A DNA stretch of 14,739 nucleotides from Candidatus Methylomirabilota bacterium (GTDB lineage Bacteria; Methylomirabilota; Methylomirabilia; Rokubacteriales; CSP1-6). The DNA lies in assembly GCA_046726415.1 (NCBI GenBank), contig JBKPAK010000340.1, forward strand, positions 1-14,739. Direction: 5' to 3'. The notes under the pieces are model-generated. The model did no database searches, was not told the DNA's origin, and saw only the letters and a list, made by a program, of their open reading frames with translations. Both the position numbers and the translations under genes were made by a program. Positions 1 through 8,661 of this stretch are shown piece after piece (within the stretch, counting starts at the first letter, position 1; each line of letters opens with the position of its first letter).

Positions 1-50
1 GCTGACCAGAGTCCGAGACTCACCAACGCCGCGAGCACGGTACGCATGGC

Positions 51-573
51 TCAGGCCGCCCGCCGTCCGTACACATTCTCACCACGCGCAGCCGTCCATT
101 CGCGCTCGAAATAGTCGGCGTCCTCATCGCTGCGAGGCCGGACCCCCAGAAGCACGCCGCCCTCTTTGAGGCCACTCTCGTACAGGCGGGCACGTTCCTC
201 GGGAATGCCGGCACCGACCAACCCTCCAATGATACCGCCGGCCACACTACCAGCCCCGGCGCCGGCGAGGGCCGCGGCGATGGGTCCCGCCACCGACCAG
301 ACCTACTCGGGAATCGCAATCGTCGCGGCGGCGGCGATGGCGGCAAGGCGCCACCCGCGACCGCGCCTATTCCGGCCCCCACACCCACGCCTTCGAGGTC
401 CTTGGTGCCCAGCTCGGTCTTGGCGGCTGTGTCTTCGTAGTACTTGCGGCGCGTCTCATCGGCATCATGACGTCCACGTCCTCCGCCCGGTAGCTGCGGG
501 GCCCCAGATGTCCGTACGTCTTCTCGGCGCTCTCTCGATCGCGAAACAGCCCTGTCACGAGTCTGTCTCGCAT
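51..573 (-). pseudogene. Frameshifted Gly/Ala-rich general stress protein-like (YflT/17M-like) membrane protein
   Basis: AGGAGG RBS (579-584) precedes ATG 573. Stitching frames gives MRDRLVTGLFRDRESAEKTY...DVDVMM(S)DETRRKYYED...TELGTKDLEGVGVGAGIGAVAGGA(L)AAIAAAATIAIP(G)VGLVVAGPIAAALAGAGAG...GAGIPEERARLYESGLKEGGVLLGVRPRSDEDADYFEREW. Single-base indels are needed near 462, 346, 307 and 294. Confidence 0.8.
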
Positions 574-664
574 ACGTGCCTCCTAGGCCGCGCTTACTTA
601 TAGCTCACTGCCGATGCTCGGCGAGGGGTCGCTCCCGAGCTGCTCCCCAGCACTCTTCAGCGCG

Positions 665-680
665 TGCACCGACGATGCCA
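665..680 (-). promoter_or_regulatory. Possible sigma-54 (-24/-12) promoter for the stress-protein gene
   Basis: Minus strand reads TGGCAT-CGTCG-GTGCA versus consensus TGGCAC-N5-TTGCA. GG and GC are correctly spaced, with 2 mismatches, about 90 bp upstream of ATG 573. Confidence 0.4.
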
Positions 681-874
681 CCGATGTGCACCGCTCGCGC
701 TCGAAGTGCTGATCGTCAGCGACCCGCACCAGCGGCTTCGATCAAAGGGAACCGACGGGGACGGAGCGGCCCGAGCCCTCTCGCCCTTGACCGCTTCGGG
801 GGGGCCGGCCGAGCCGGTGGTTCTGATGGGCCATGAGCTTGTCTGGATCGGCCTGGCGGGAGCTGCAGACGGGC

Positions 875-1200
875 GGCTACCCGGGCGGGGGTCGATCATT
901 CGGGACCATCCGCACCCGAAACGCTTGCTGCGGCCCGGCCGCGAGACGGTGCGCCTCGAGACCGAGCCCGGCCGGCAGCTGCAGACAGGTTGGGCAGTGC
1001 GGAAGATGATCGCCGGGCAGAAGACGACGGCCATGTCGCGGGGAGCACGCTCAGTTACTCGCGGATCTTCCATTCTGGGCGACCGACTGCGAAGACGCCG
1101 AGCATAGCTGCGAGGCGCTGGTCCGCGCCTTCGATGGTTCGGCGGTTCGGGCGAGGTGGCGGTGGACAACCAGAAAGCGGCGGGCACTGCTTCACCGCCG
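875..1200 (+). mobile_element. istA: Degenerate IS21-family transposase (IstA) internal fragment
   Basis: Across several frames: GYPGG/SIIRDHPHPKRLLRPGRETVRLETEPGRQLQTGW...IAGQKTT/HVAGSTLSYSRIFH/WATDCEDAEHSCEALVRAF/WFGGSGEVAVDNQKAA. This matches the IstA motifs RFETxPGxQxQxDW, LGYSR and FGGVxxEVLVDNxKAA. About 4 frameshifts; first catalytic Asp appears as Gly. Confidence 0.85.
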
Positions 1201-1655
1201 ATCGACTGCGGCGGGAGAGCGTCGCCCGAGACGGGATCGAGGATCGCGGTCTCGGCCAACGCCAGTCACGACTGTCAGTGTGACGCGAGCGCCATAACCT
1301 GGGGTCATTTGCGGCCTCGGCGACTGCACCGGGCGCGATGGCTGACGCCACCACCCCGGGCAATCACCGTGACTGGCCGGCAGCTTCGGCGACCGCCACA
1401 CTCCGCCAGCAGTCGGGAAGCAAGTCTAGCCGTCCAATCTCAAGCGGGCCGAATCAAGCCTCACGCCCACGGCGACCAGGACTCAGCCCTGGCCGTCATC
1501 GTGCCCGCGAAGCCGGCATACCTCACGAAACCATGTGACGACGGCGCAAGCGGGGACCTCGTCTTCCCGCGGCGCGGCGTGGCGCACTGCGGGCGTTGCT
1601 TTACCGCCGCATGCCATTCGCCCCGGACGACCCAATCGACTCAAAGGAGCCGGTG

Positions 1656-1994
1656 ATGAGGGCGATCGACCGATTCGTGGCTGGAGCAAGATCAGAGACA
1701 CTCTTCCTCATCCACCCCGACCCCCTCGCCGTTGGCGCCCGGGCGCTGGAGACCTTCGTCGTTCGCCTCGGCCAGCGGCTCCGGCAGACGCTTTCGTTCG
1801 CCGATCTCTCTGCGTGTTCGCGGCCCATCCGCGCAGCCTCTTCTCAGTCGGCGGCGTTTTCACACGGCGTCCCCAGCTTCCAGCTCCTGAGCCACACCCA
1901 GCTCAAGGAGACGTCGGACGCGCTGCTGCAATCTGGATATTACAATCGCTTCACGCCCGAAATGCTGCGCGCGGTGGGCATGCCACGCGCGTAG
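1656..1994 (+). CDS. Hypothetical protein (112 aa)
   Basis: AAAGGAG RBS at 1643-1649 precedes GTG 1653/ATG 1656. Protein-like composition (ends LKETSDALLQSGYYNRFTPEMLRAVGMPRA) and a hairpin directly after the stop. No family recognised. Confidence 0.5.
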   Translation: MRAIDRFVAGARSETLFLIHPDPLAVGARALETFVVRLGQRLRQTLSFADLSACSRPIRAASSQSAAFSHGVPSFQLLSHTQLKETSDALLQSGYYNRFTPEMLRAVGMPRA

Positions 1995-1999
1995 AACGC

Positions 2000-2020
2000 A
2001 GGCACCCCTCAGGGTGCCTT
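2000..2020 (+). terminator. Hairpin, possible weak terminator
   Basis: AGGCACCC-CTCA-GGGTGCCT perfect 8-bp stem 5 nt after the 1994 stop; only TT at the 3' base, no long U-tract. Confidence 0.35.
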
Positions 2021-2252
2021 CCGGATGGCCGAGAGGATCCAGGCCGTCCTCGATCAGAACGGGCGCAGGGGTCAGGGGCAAGCAGTACGTCGGGCGCGCG
2101 CACGCGCGGCGGGTGCTCGCTCAGCTCGACCTGAGGGTGGCCGCATCGCGCGACCATCGCCGAATTCTTTCGGCTGGCCCGTCCGAATCCCCAGGCAAGC
2201 ATCGCCGCCCTCTCAGCGAGCGCGGAGAGCTCGCGCCTGTCCGAACTACTGA

Positions 2253-2648
2253 TCAGCGCGTAAGCAGATCTTGAGGAACCTTTCCGCCGTTCTGCGCGAG
2301 CTTTGTCATCACTTCCTTATGCAGCCACATGTTCATCGCCGCAGTATCGGCGGTGTCACCGGAGTAGTGGAGATCGGCGGCCAGCTCTCGCCGCGCTTTG
2401 AGGCTGCTGTCCATGCCGACGAGCTTCATCAAGTCGACGATCGAGTGCTTCCAGTCGAGCTTCTGCGCATTCGCGCTCGCCATCTGGTCGAGAATGGCCG
2501 CCACATCAACCGGTTTGGCCGCTTGCGGCGCGGCGGCGGATACACCCGCGCCCACGCCGGCCTGGGGGGAACCTGTTACCTGTGGAGGCTCGGCGCCCGG
2601 AGCCGCGTGACCGAAGATCTTGTTCATCAGATCGCTGAACATTCCCAT
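2253..2648 (-). CDS. DUF3597 family protein (131 aa)
   Basis: AGGAGGAG RBS (2653-2660) before ATG 2648. Sequence MGMFSDLMNKIFG, Ala/Pro-rich linker, then VDVAAILD...KLDWKHSIVDLMKLVGMDSSLKARRELAADLHYSGD...AMNMWLHKEVMTKLAQNGGKVP is characteristic of the family. Confidence 0.92.
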   Translation of the reverse strand: MGMFSDLMNKIFGHAAPGAEPPQVTGSPQAGVGAGVSAAAPQAAKPVDVAAILDQMASANAQKLDWKHSIVDLMKLVGMDSSLKARRELAADLHYSGDTADTAAMNMWLHKEVMTKLAQNGGKVPQDLLTR

Positions 2649-2680
2649 AAGTCTCCTCCTAGTCGTCTTCCCGGCGCGAG

Positions 2681-2696
2681 TGCAAGGCTCGGGCCA
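2681..2696 (-). promoter_or_regulatory. Sigma-54 (-24/-12) promoter for the DUF3597 gene
   Basis: Minus strand reads TGGCCC-GAGCC-TTGCA, one mismatch to TGGCAC-N5-TTGCA, and is placed so that transcription would start just upstream of the RBS. Confidence 0.7.
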
Positions 2697-2814
2697 CTGG
2701 CCTTGCCATTTGCGCCGGGGCGCATGGACGCCCGCGAATGATCGTTTGGCGAAGGCCATTTAGCCCACGTACCTCTTGGGGACATCTGGCTGCAGTCAGG
2801 AGAGAGTGTGTCGC

Positions 2815-2920
2815 TGCGGCTCGAGCCTGCGTGGAGAAGCCGAGCATATGCTCGATGCCGAGCCGGGCCAGGGTGCGGCCGACCTGGGTATGTGCGGTCA
2901 GGGGCGTGCACGCGCAGACC
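2815..2920 (-). mobile_element. ISNCY-family transposase remnant
   Basis: Translates to HTQVGRTLARLGIEHMLGFSTQAR, resembling the ISNCY core motif TQxGRALxxLGIExIxAYSPQA(R/K)GR. Flanks are degraded. Confidence 0.7.
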
Positions 2921-3000
2921 GGCTGCGGCCGTGCCCCGGTGGGTTGGTACGGAACAGCACGCATGCGGCGAGATAATCCCACGCCTTGGGTGGTTGGGCT

Positions 3001-4017
3001 GGCGAGCAGCTTCTTGGCGCGCTCCGGATCGTAGGCGTAGGGCGGCAGGCTCGGATGCGCGCCGAACACGGCCGCGGGGAGCGGCGCCCTCGCGACCGGG
3101 GCCATGCCTCCCATGATCCCCTTGCCGAGGGCCTCGCGGTCGATGGCGTGGTTGAGCGCCTGGCGCACGCGCTTGTCGTTGAAGGGCCGCCGGTCCGTCC
3201 GGAGCGCGATGAACGTCACCCGGTTGGTCGGCGAGGTGACGATCCAGAGATTCGGATTCGCGCGGAGCCGCGGGAGCTGGTCCGGCGGCACGTTGTTGAC
3301 GACCATGACCTCACCCGCCTCCAGCGCGGCGAGCCGGGTCCCGTTCTCCGGGATGAACCGGAAGCGCATCTGAGAGAACGCCGGCTTCTTGCCCCAGTAC
3401 CCGGGATGCGCCTGCATGACCACGTGCTGTCCCGGCCGGTACTCGACGAACTTCATCGCGCCCGTGCCCACCGGGTTCGTGGGAAAGCGCTCGCCGAGCT
3501 CGCGGAACGCGCGCGGCGAGAGCGCCATCGCCGACGTCGAGTTGCGCAGCAACGGCCGGTTCGGCCGCTCGGTGACGAGGTCGATCGTGTGCGGGTCGAC
3601 GATGCGGTGCTCGCGGATCACCCCGATGCGGCTCTTCCACGGCGATCGCGAGGTCGGTGCCGCATACTGCTCCAGCGAGAACTTGACCGACTCGGCGGTG
3701 AAGTCCTCGCCGTTGTGGAACCTGATGGCCTTGCGGAGATGCCAGCGGAGCACGGTCGGCGAGACCTGCTCCCACTTCGTCACCAGCCACGGGATGGGGT
3801 TCGTGCGCTCGTCGCGGAAGACGAAGCCGTCGAACATGTGCGAGAAGATCGACCAGCCGGGGACGCCGGCCTCGACGCGCGGGTCGAGGTGGCCCGGATC
3901 GAGCGACATGCCAACGACGAGCTCGGGTCCCTGCGCGCGAGCGGAGCGGAACGGACGTGCCGTGACGGCCGCGGCGCTGCCCGCCGCGGCGAGCTTCAGC
4001 AGCTCGCGTCGATTCAT
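3001..4017 (-). pseudogene. 3'-truncated family 5 (Dpp/Opp-type) ABC solute-binding protein, Tat signal
   Basis: GGAGGAG RBS; MNRRELLK Tat motif; LRKAIRFHNGEDFTAESVKFS, PVGTGAMKF, DKRVRQALNHAIDRE. Similarity to the paralog at 11199-12755 stops abruptly at YDPERAKKLLA (aa 339, nt 3001), so the last 167 aa of the paralog are missing. The frame reads on through unrelated DNA to a stop at 2659. Confidence 0.9.
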
Positions 4018-4035
4018 GGTCGGCTCCTCCGCCGC

Positions 4036-5079
4036 TCAGCGCGGGCCGATCGCGGCTCCGTACAGTTCCTGCCGGCGCGTTTCCAGCTCGTCGAGGTTGT
4101 GGAGCCCGCGGGAACGCCCTCCGGCCTCGATCTCCTTCACCTGCTTGACGAGGTGCTCGTTGAGGGGCATGGGGATCCCGAGCCGCTGGCCTTCGGCGAC
4201 CACCCAGCCGATCATGTGATCGACCTCCGTGGGGCGCTTGCGCACCGCGAGATCCCGCCACGGGCCCGAGCGCACCTTCACGCGGGGACGGCTGAACTCC
4301 GCGAACCGGTCGAGCACCGCGCGCGCCTCCTCCACCTCCGCCGGGGTCTGCGGCCGCAGCTTCAGCGGATCGAACTCGTCGAAGCGCTGCAGGCGCACGC
4401 CGGCCGCGCGCGCCACCCCGACGCCCTCGCCCACCAGCGCAATCAGCACGGGCTGGTAGCGCTTGTCGCCGAAGACATCCGCGAAGGTCTCGTCGGTGAC
4501 CGCCTGCGCGAACAGCAGCGAGCAGTCGATCTGCTTCGACCAGAGGTAGCCGAAGATGTTGTCGGTCACGTGCGCGCGGACCCCGTGCGCCAGGAGACGC
4601 TGGATCACGCCGAGACGCTCGGTGATCCGCCCGTCCAGCTCGCCGATCCAGATGTTGCCCACGCCGCCGTGCTCGATGTGGCCGGGCTCCTGCCAGTCGG
4701 CCGGGAAGCTGACGAACCCGGCCACGACCCGCTGCGCGCCGAGGCGCGCGGCGATGCGGGGCGGGTTCAAGCCGTTCTGGAGCGACACGACGACGGTGTT
4801 GGGGCCCACCAGCGGGGCGAGGACGTCGAGCGCGGCCTCCGTGTCCTGGGATTTCACGGCGAGGAACGTGATCCCGAGCGGGCCGCGCAGGTCCCTGGGC
4901 TCGCACGCGCGCACCGGCACCGTGAAGCTCTGGAACCCGCTGATGCGGAGCCCACGCGCATTGATCGCGTCGACGTGCGCGGAGACCTTGTCGACCAGCA
5001 GCACGTCCTCCCCGCCGCGCGCCATGGATGCGCCGATTAGCCCGCCGATCGCCCCCGCGCCGTAGACCGTGATGCTCAT
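4036..5079 (-). CDS. Ketopantoate reductase (PanE/ApbA)-family oxidoreductase, copy 1 (347 aa)
   Basis: GAGAIG Rossmann motif, FLAVKSQD, SLQNG, LWSK (catalytic Lys) and RPTEVD (catalytic Glu). ATG 5079 overlaps the upstream TGA (ATGA). Confidence 0.92.
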   Translation of the reverse strand: MSITVYGAGAIGGLIGASMARGGEDVLLVDKVSAHVDAINARGLRISGFQSFTVPVRACEPRDLRGPLGITFLAVKSQDTEAALDVLAPLVGPNTVVVSLQNGLNPPRIAARLGAQRVVAGFVSFPADWQEPGHIEHGGVGNIWIGELDGRITERLGVIQRLLAHGVRAHVTDNIFGYLWSKQIDCSLLFAQAVTDETFADVFGDKRYQPVLIALVGEGVGVARAAGVRLQRFDEFDPLKLRPQTPAEVEEARAVLDRFAEFSRPRVKVRSGPWRDLAVRKRPTEVDHMIGWVVAEGQRLGIPMPLNEHLVKQVKEIEAGGRSRGLHNLDELETRRQELYGAAIGPR

Positions 5080-6320
5080 CGTGAAGCCTTGGGGCGACGG
5101 TCGGTGCAGATAATGCCGCCCTTGAGCACCAGCTCGATGCGCGCGGGATCGAGGAGCACCTTGATGTCGTCGAGCGGATTGCCGTTCACGACCACCGCGT
5201 CGGCGAGCCGCCCCGTCTCGAGCGTGCCGACCTCGCGCTCGAGCGCGAGGCACTGCGCCGCCCACTGCGTCCCCGCGCGCAGCGCCTGCATCGGCGTGAG
5301 CCCGGCATCGACCAGGCACTGCAGCTCGCCGGCGTTCTTCGGGTGACCGTGCCCGCCGGCATCGGTACCGGCGGCGATCGGCACCCCGAGCGTGAGCGCC
5401 CGCTGGATGCTGGCCACGTGGTGCTTCTGGAGGTCGTGCGCCCGGGCCCGCACGTGGGGTGACGCGCTCTCGCGGTGATAGACGTAGACGAGGAGCGTCG
5501 GGACGAAGAACGTGCCCTCCCCGGCCATCCGCTTTAGGTGCTCCGGGTTCTCGTCGAGGTAGCAGCCGTGCTCGATGGTGTCCACGCCCGCCACGAGCGC
5601 GGTGTCGAGGCCCGGTCCGCCGAGCGCGTGGCACATCACGCGCCGCCCGAGCGCGTGCGACTCGGTCACGAGCGCCCGCATCTCCTCGAGCGAGAAGGCG
5701 GCGTCGAGCGGGCCGTGCCCAGGCCGCGAGCTCGCGCCGCCCGTGGTCGCCGTCTTGATCACGTCCGCCCCGGCGCGCACCATCGTCCGCACCACGTCGC
5801 GGACCCCGTCGGGACCGTTGCCCACGCTGTTGGGGAGCAGCGGGTCGTAGACCGCGCAGCAGCTGTGGCCAGACGGGCTGACGCGGTCGCCGATGCCGCC
5901 CGTGGGCGAGACGATTTGGATGCCGAGCACGAGGCGCGGCCCCGGGATCAATCCCTGCTCGATCGCGAGCTTGAAGCCGCCATCGAGGCCGCCGCCGTCC
6001 CGGACGGTCGTGTAGCCCATGGCGAGCGTCTCGGCCAGCACGCGCGCGGTGCGGATGTGCGCGGTGCTGGCGGGCTCGTCGAGCCCGAAGCGCGTGGCCA
6101 GCCCGTAGCCGTGCGACGCCTTGTGGTCGTGGGCGTCGATGAGTCCGGGGATGACGGTGCGGCCGCGGACGTCGACGACCTCGGCGTCGTTCCGCCACGA
6201 GAGCGCGGCACGCGGGCCCGTCGCCGTGACGCGGTCACCGTCGATCACGACCGCGGCGTCCGGCACGGGCGCGGCGCCGGTACCGTCGATCAGCGTCGCG
6301 CCGGTCAGCACGCGGATCAT
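5076..6320 (-). CDS. Metal-dependent amidohydrolase family protein (prolidase/imidazolonepropionase-like TIM barrel, 414 aa)
   Basis: PGLIDAHDH (HxH), GYTTVRDGG, GADVIKT, VMCHA, TIEHG, AGTDAG, GTLETGRLADAVVV. ATG 6320 overlaps the upstream TGA (ATGA). Confidence 0.93.
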   Translation of the reverse strand: MIRVLTGATLIDGTGAAPVPDAAVVIDGDRVTATGPRAALSWRNDAEVVDVRGRTVIPGLIDAHDHKASHGYGLATRFGLDEPASTAHIRTARVLAETLAMGYTTVRDGGGLDGGFKLAIEQGLIPGPRLVLGIQIVSPTGGIGDRVSPSGHSCCAVYDPLLPNSVGNGPDGVRDVVRTMVRAGADVIKTATTGGASSRPGHGPLDAAFSLEEMRALVTESHALGRRVMCHALGGPGLDTALVAGVDTIEHGCYLDENPEHLKRMAGEGTFFVPTLLVYVYHRESASPHVRARAHDLQKHHVASIQRALTLGVPIAAGTDAGGHGHPKNAGELQCLVDAGLTPMQALRAGTQWAAQCLALEREVGTLETGRLADAVVVNGNPLDDIKVLLDPARIELVLKGGIICTDRRPKASR

Positions 6321-7651
6321 CGGTCGCCCTCGAAGACTTCCCGGCGGCTCATCGCGCGCTGGAACTCGAGATGGCCCCGGCGTGTCATCGGCGGCTTCGC
6401 CTTCGCCACGACCTCCTTCCCGGCCGCGGCGCCGTCGGCGAGCAGGTCCACCACCATGGACGCGAGCACCTTCGCGTTGGTGAGGTAGACCAGCGACTGG
6501 TCGACGAGCTGCCAGTCCGCGCCGTGGGAGGTGCCGCTCGCGCCGCCCACGTACGGATGAATGACCGGCATCACCTGCGCGAGATCGCCCATGTCGGTGG
6601 AGCCGGTGCGGTGGGCGATCGTGCGCACGTGCTCGGCGCCGACGAGGCGCTCGGCGATGGGACGGAAGCGCTCGACCAGCGTGGGATCGCAGGGCATCGG
6701 CATGTAGCCGGGCAGCGTCTCGATCTCCACCGTCGCGCCGAGGGCGAGCGCGCCGGCGCGCAAGGCGCGATCCACCTTGCGGTCCGCGTCCGCAATGGCC
6801 TCGAGGGTCTTCGCCCGCACGAACGTCTCCAGGCGCACGTCGGCGGGGATCACGTTCACCTGCGACCCGCCGTGCGTCATGATCGGATGCACACGCACCG
6901 TGTCCTCGTCGCGGAACGTCTCGCGCACGGCGTTGATCGCCATGAGCCCGATTTGCGCGGCGTAGAGAGCGTTGATGCCCCGGTGGGGCATGCCGCCCGC
7001 GTGCGCCGCCCGCCTCACGTACCGGACCGTCTTCACGACGCATCCGTTGTTGGAGACGGGGACGGCGAGCTTGCCTTCCTCGGGCCGCGGCGTGGCGTGA
7101 ATCATCATGGCCATGTCGACATCGTCGAGGTGGCCGAGGCGCAGCAGCTCGGGCTTGCCGCCGAGGAACTCGAGCTTGCCTTCCTTGCGCTGGCTCACGC
7201 GCCACGCGACGTCGCCGTACTCCTCGGCGGGGACGCCGATGAAGGCTACGCGGCCCGAGAGGTGCGCGAACGGGCCCGCGTCGAGCAGCCCCATCGCGGC
7301 CCCGAGCATGCCGGCGATCTGGGCGTTGTGTCCGCACGCGTGGGCGGCGCCGGTCTCCGGATCGGCGCCCGGGTGCCCGACGACGACGAGGCCGTCGAGC
7401 TCGCCGAGCAGCGCGACGGTCGGGCCTTCGCCGCGCTGGCCCACGGCATCCGCGCGGACGCCCGTCAGCGCGAGGCCCGTCTGGGGCTTGAGGCCCAGCT
7501 TCTCGAACGTCCGCGCCACGATGCGCGCCGTCCCGTATTCCTTGAAGCCGAGCTCGGGATGACGGCGGATCTCCTCGCCGACCCCGATGATGTCCGGCGC
7601 GCGGCGGTCGATCGCCTCGTAGACACTGGCCAGCAGCTCCGTCTTTTTCAT
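6317..7651 (-). CDS. M20 family amidohydrolase (M20D / aminoacylase-like, 444 aa)
   Basis: HPELGFKE, ELDGL, AHACGHN, PAEEY, AAHAG, VNVIP, GSTDMGD and a terminal His (HGADW). Confidence 0.93.
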   Translation of the reverse strand: MKKTELLASVYEAIDRRAPDIIGVGEEIRRHPELGFKEYGTARIVARTFEKLGLKPQTGLALTGVRADAVGQRGEGPTVALLGELDGLVVVGHPGADPETGAAHACGHNAQIAGMLGAAMGLLDAGPFAHLSGRVAFIGVPAEEYGDVAWRVSQRKEGKLEFLGGKPELLRLGHLDDVDMAMMIHATPRPEEGKLAVPVSNNGCVVKTVRYVRRAAHAGGMPHRGINALYAAQIGLMAINAVRETFRDEDTVRVHPIMTHGGSQVNVIPADVRLETFVRAKTLEAIADADRKVDRALRAGALALGATVEIETLPGYMPMPCDPTLVERFRPIAERLVGAEHVRTIAHRTGSTDMGDLAQVMPVIHPYVGGASGTSHGADWQLVDQSLVYLTNAKVLASMVVDLLADGAAAGKEVVAKAKPPMTRRGHLEFQRAMSRREVFEGDR

Positions 7652-7653
7652 GC

Positions 7654-8418
7654 TCAGCGGCCTCCCGTGGCGTGCAGCGTGACGCCGGTGATGTAGCTCG
7701 CCTCGTCGGATGCCAGGAAGAGCACGGTGTTCGCGATCTCGATCGGCTGTCCCAGGCGACGCATCGGGGTCATGTGGTTCGGGCTGTACTCGACGGTCTC
7801 GTTCATCTGCCTGAGCTTCGCGCCCGCGCGCTCGGTGTCAATGGGGCCCGGCGCGACCGCGTTGATGCGGATGCCGTACTCGGCGAGCTCGAGCGCCACG
7901 TCGCGGACGAAGCCGTGGATGCCGGCCTTCGCGGTGGAGTACGACGCGGCGCCCTCGTAGTACGCGCTCCACGGCGTGCCCTCGCGGGCGCCGGAGGAAA
8001 GGCAGACGATGCGACCGGCGCGCGCCTTCATCATGTGCTTGAGGGCGGCCCGCGTGCAGAGGAAGGCGGAGCGGAGATTCAGCCTGATGACGAAGTCCCA
8101 CTGCTCGGCCGTCATCTCCCAGATCTTCGCGTTGCGGCTGCCGCCGACGTTGTTGACGAGGATATCGACGCCCCCGTAGTGCATCGCCGCATCGTCGATG
8201 AGCCGGGCCGCGGGCGCCTCGTCGGTCACGTCGCCGACGACGCCGAAGGCCTGGCCGCCCGCCTTCGTGACGTCCGAGACCGTTCGCTCGAGCCCGGCGC
8301 CGTCAATGTCGCCGAGCGCCATGCGCGCGCCCTCTTCGGCGAGGCGCAGCGCGATCGCCCGTCCGAGACCATGCGCCGCGCCGGTGACGACCGCGGCCTT
8401 GTCCTGTACACGACCCAT
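7654..8418 (-). CDS. Classical SDR family NAD(P)-dependent oxidoreductase (254 aa)
   Basis: GAAGGAG RBS (8429-8435); TGAAHGLG, DILVNNVG, SS, YSTAK catalytic motif, IRINAVAPG. Asp after beta-2 (GDID) suggests NAD(H). Confidence 0.94.
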   Translation of the reverse strand: MGRVQDKAAVVTGAAHGLGRAIALRLAEEGARMALGDIDGAGLERTVSDVTKAGGQAFGVVGDVTDEAPAARLIDDAAMHYGGVDILVNNVGGSRNAKIWEMTAEQWDFVIRLNLRSAFLCTRAALKHMMKARAGRIVCLSSGAREGTPWSAYYEGAASYSTAKAGIHGFVRDVALELAEYGIRINAVAPGPIDTERAGAKLRQMNETVEYSPNHMTPMRRLGQPIEIANTVLFLASDEASYITGVTLHATGGR

Positions 8419-8488
8419 CCGATTCGTTCTCCTTCGTCGAGAGTGAGCACGCGCGGACGCGAGTGCGGTGCGGAGGAAATCCGCGCAC

Positions 8489-8517
8489 ATTATCACCGCG
8501 CGCGCACGACCGCGCAA
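8489..8517 (-). promoter_or_regulatory. Putative sigma-70-type promoter of the SDR-led operon
   Basis: Minus strand TTGCGC (8517-8512), 17 bp spacer, GATAAT (8494-8489), 70 bp upstream of the SDR start. Confidence 0.5.
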
Positions 8518-8560
8518 GGCGCGCACGGGGTACGCCGGAGGCGCGCGCACACCGCCGCGC

Positions 8561-8566
8561 TATACT
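8561..8566 (+). promoter_or_regulatory. Possible -10 element for the divergent SBP/dppBC unit
   Basis: TATACT hexamer in GC-rich intergenic DNA; no convincing -35. Confidence 0.3.
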
Positions 8567-8661
8567 CCACGACGGGCTCACCCCGTGCGAGACGAAACAC
8601 GATCGGTGCGAGGCCTGACAGGTGTTGCACCTCGACAATAAGAAGAGACGGATGTGACACG

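Noticed and set aside
1261..1377. 10-bp inverted repeat GCCAGTCACG / CGTGACTGGC as a MITE or RNA stem
   Set aside because: Short, 97 bp apart, no target duplication or second copy; plausible by chance.
2014..2274. Short ORFs between the orphan gene and DUF3597
   Set aside because: No RBS or recognisable motif; may be a gene scrap but cannot be supported.
2986..5040. 684-aa plus-strand ORF, and similar long ORFs such as 5538-6488, 6371-7696, 12662-13987 and 3311-4906
   Set aside because: Antisense or off-frame shadows of well-supported genes, expected in high-GC DNA; Arg/Ala/Gly-rich with no motifs.
7001..7024. YVRRAAHAG in the M20 enzyme (family usually has Gly: xG[KR]xAHA) as a sign of inactivation
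   Set aside because: Single substitution with all metal-ligand motifs intact; insufficient to call decay.
4036..7337. Apparent 720-aa and 753-aa fusion proteins
   Set aside because: The N-terminal extensions are off-frame reads of the upstream genes; real starts are the ATGA-overlap ATGs at 5079 and 6320.
8620..8632. AGGTG-TTG-CACCT palindrome as an operator
   Set aside because: Only 5-bp arms, not seen at the other promoters, and no regulator in the window.
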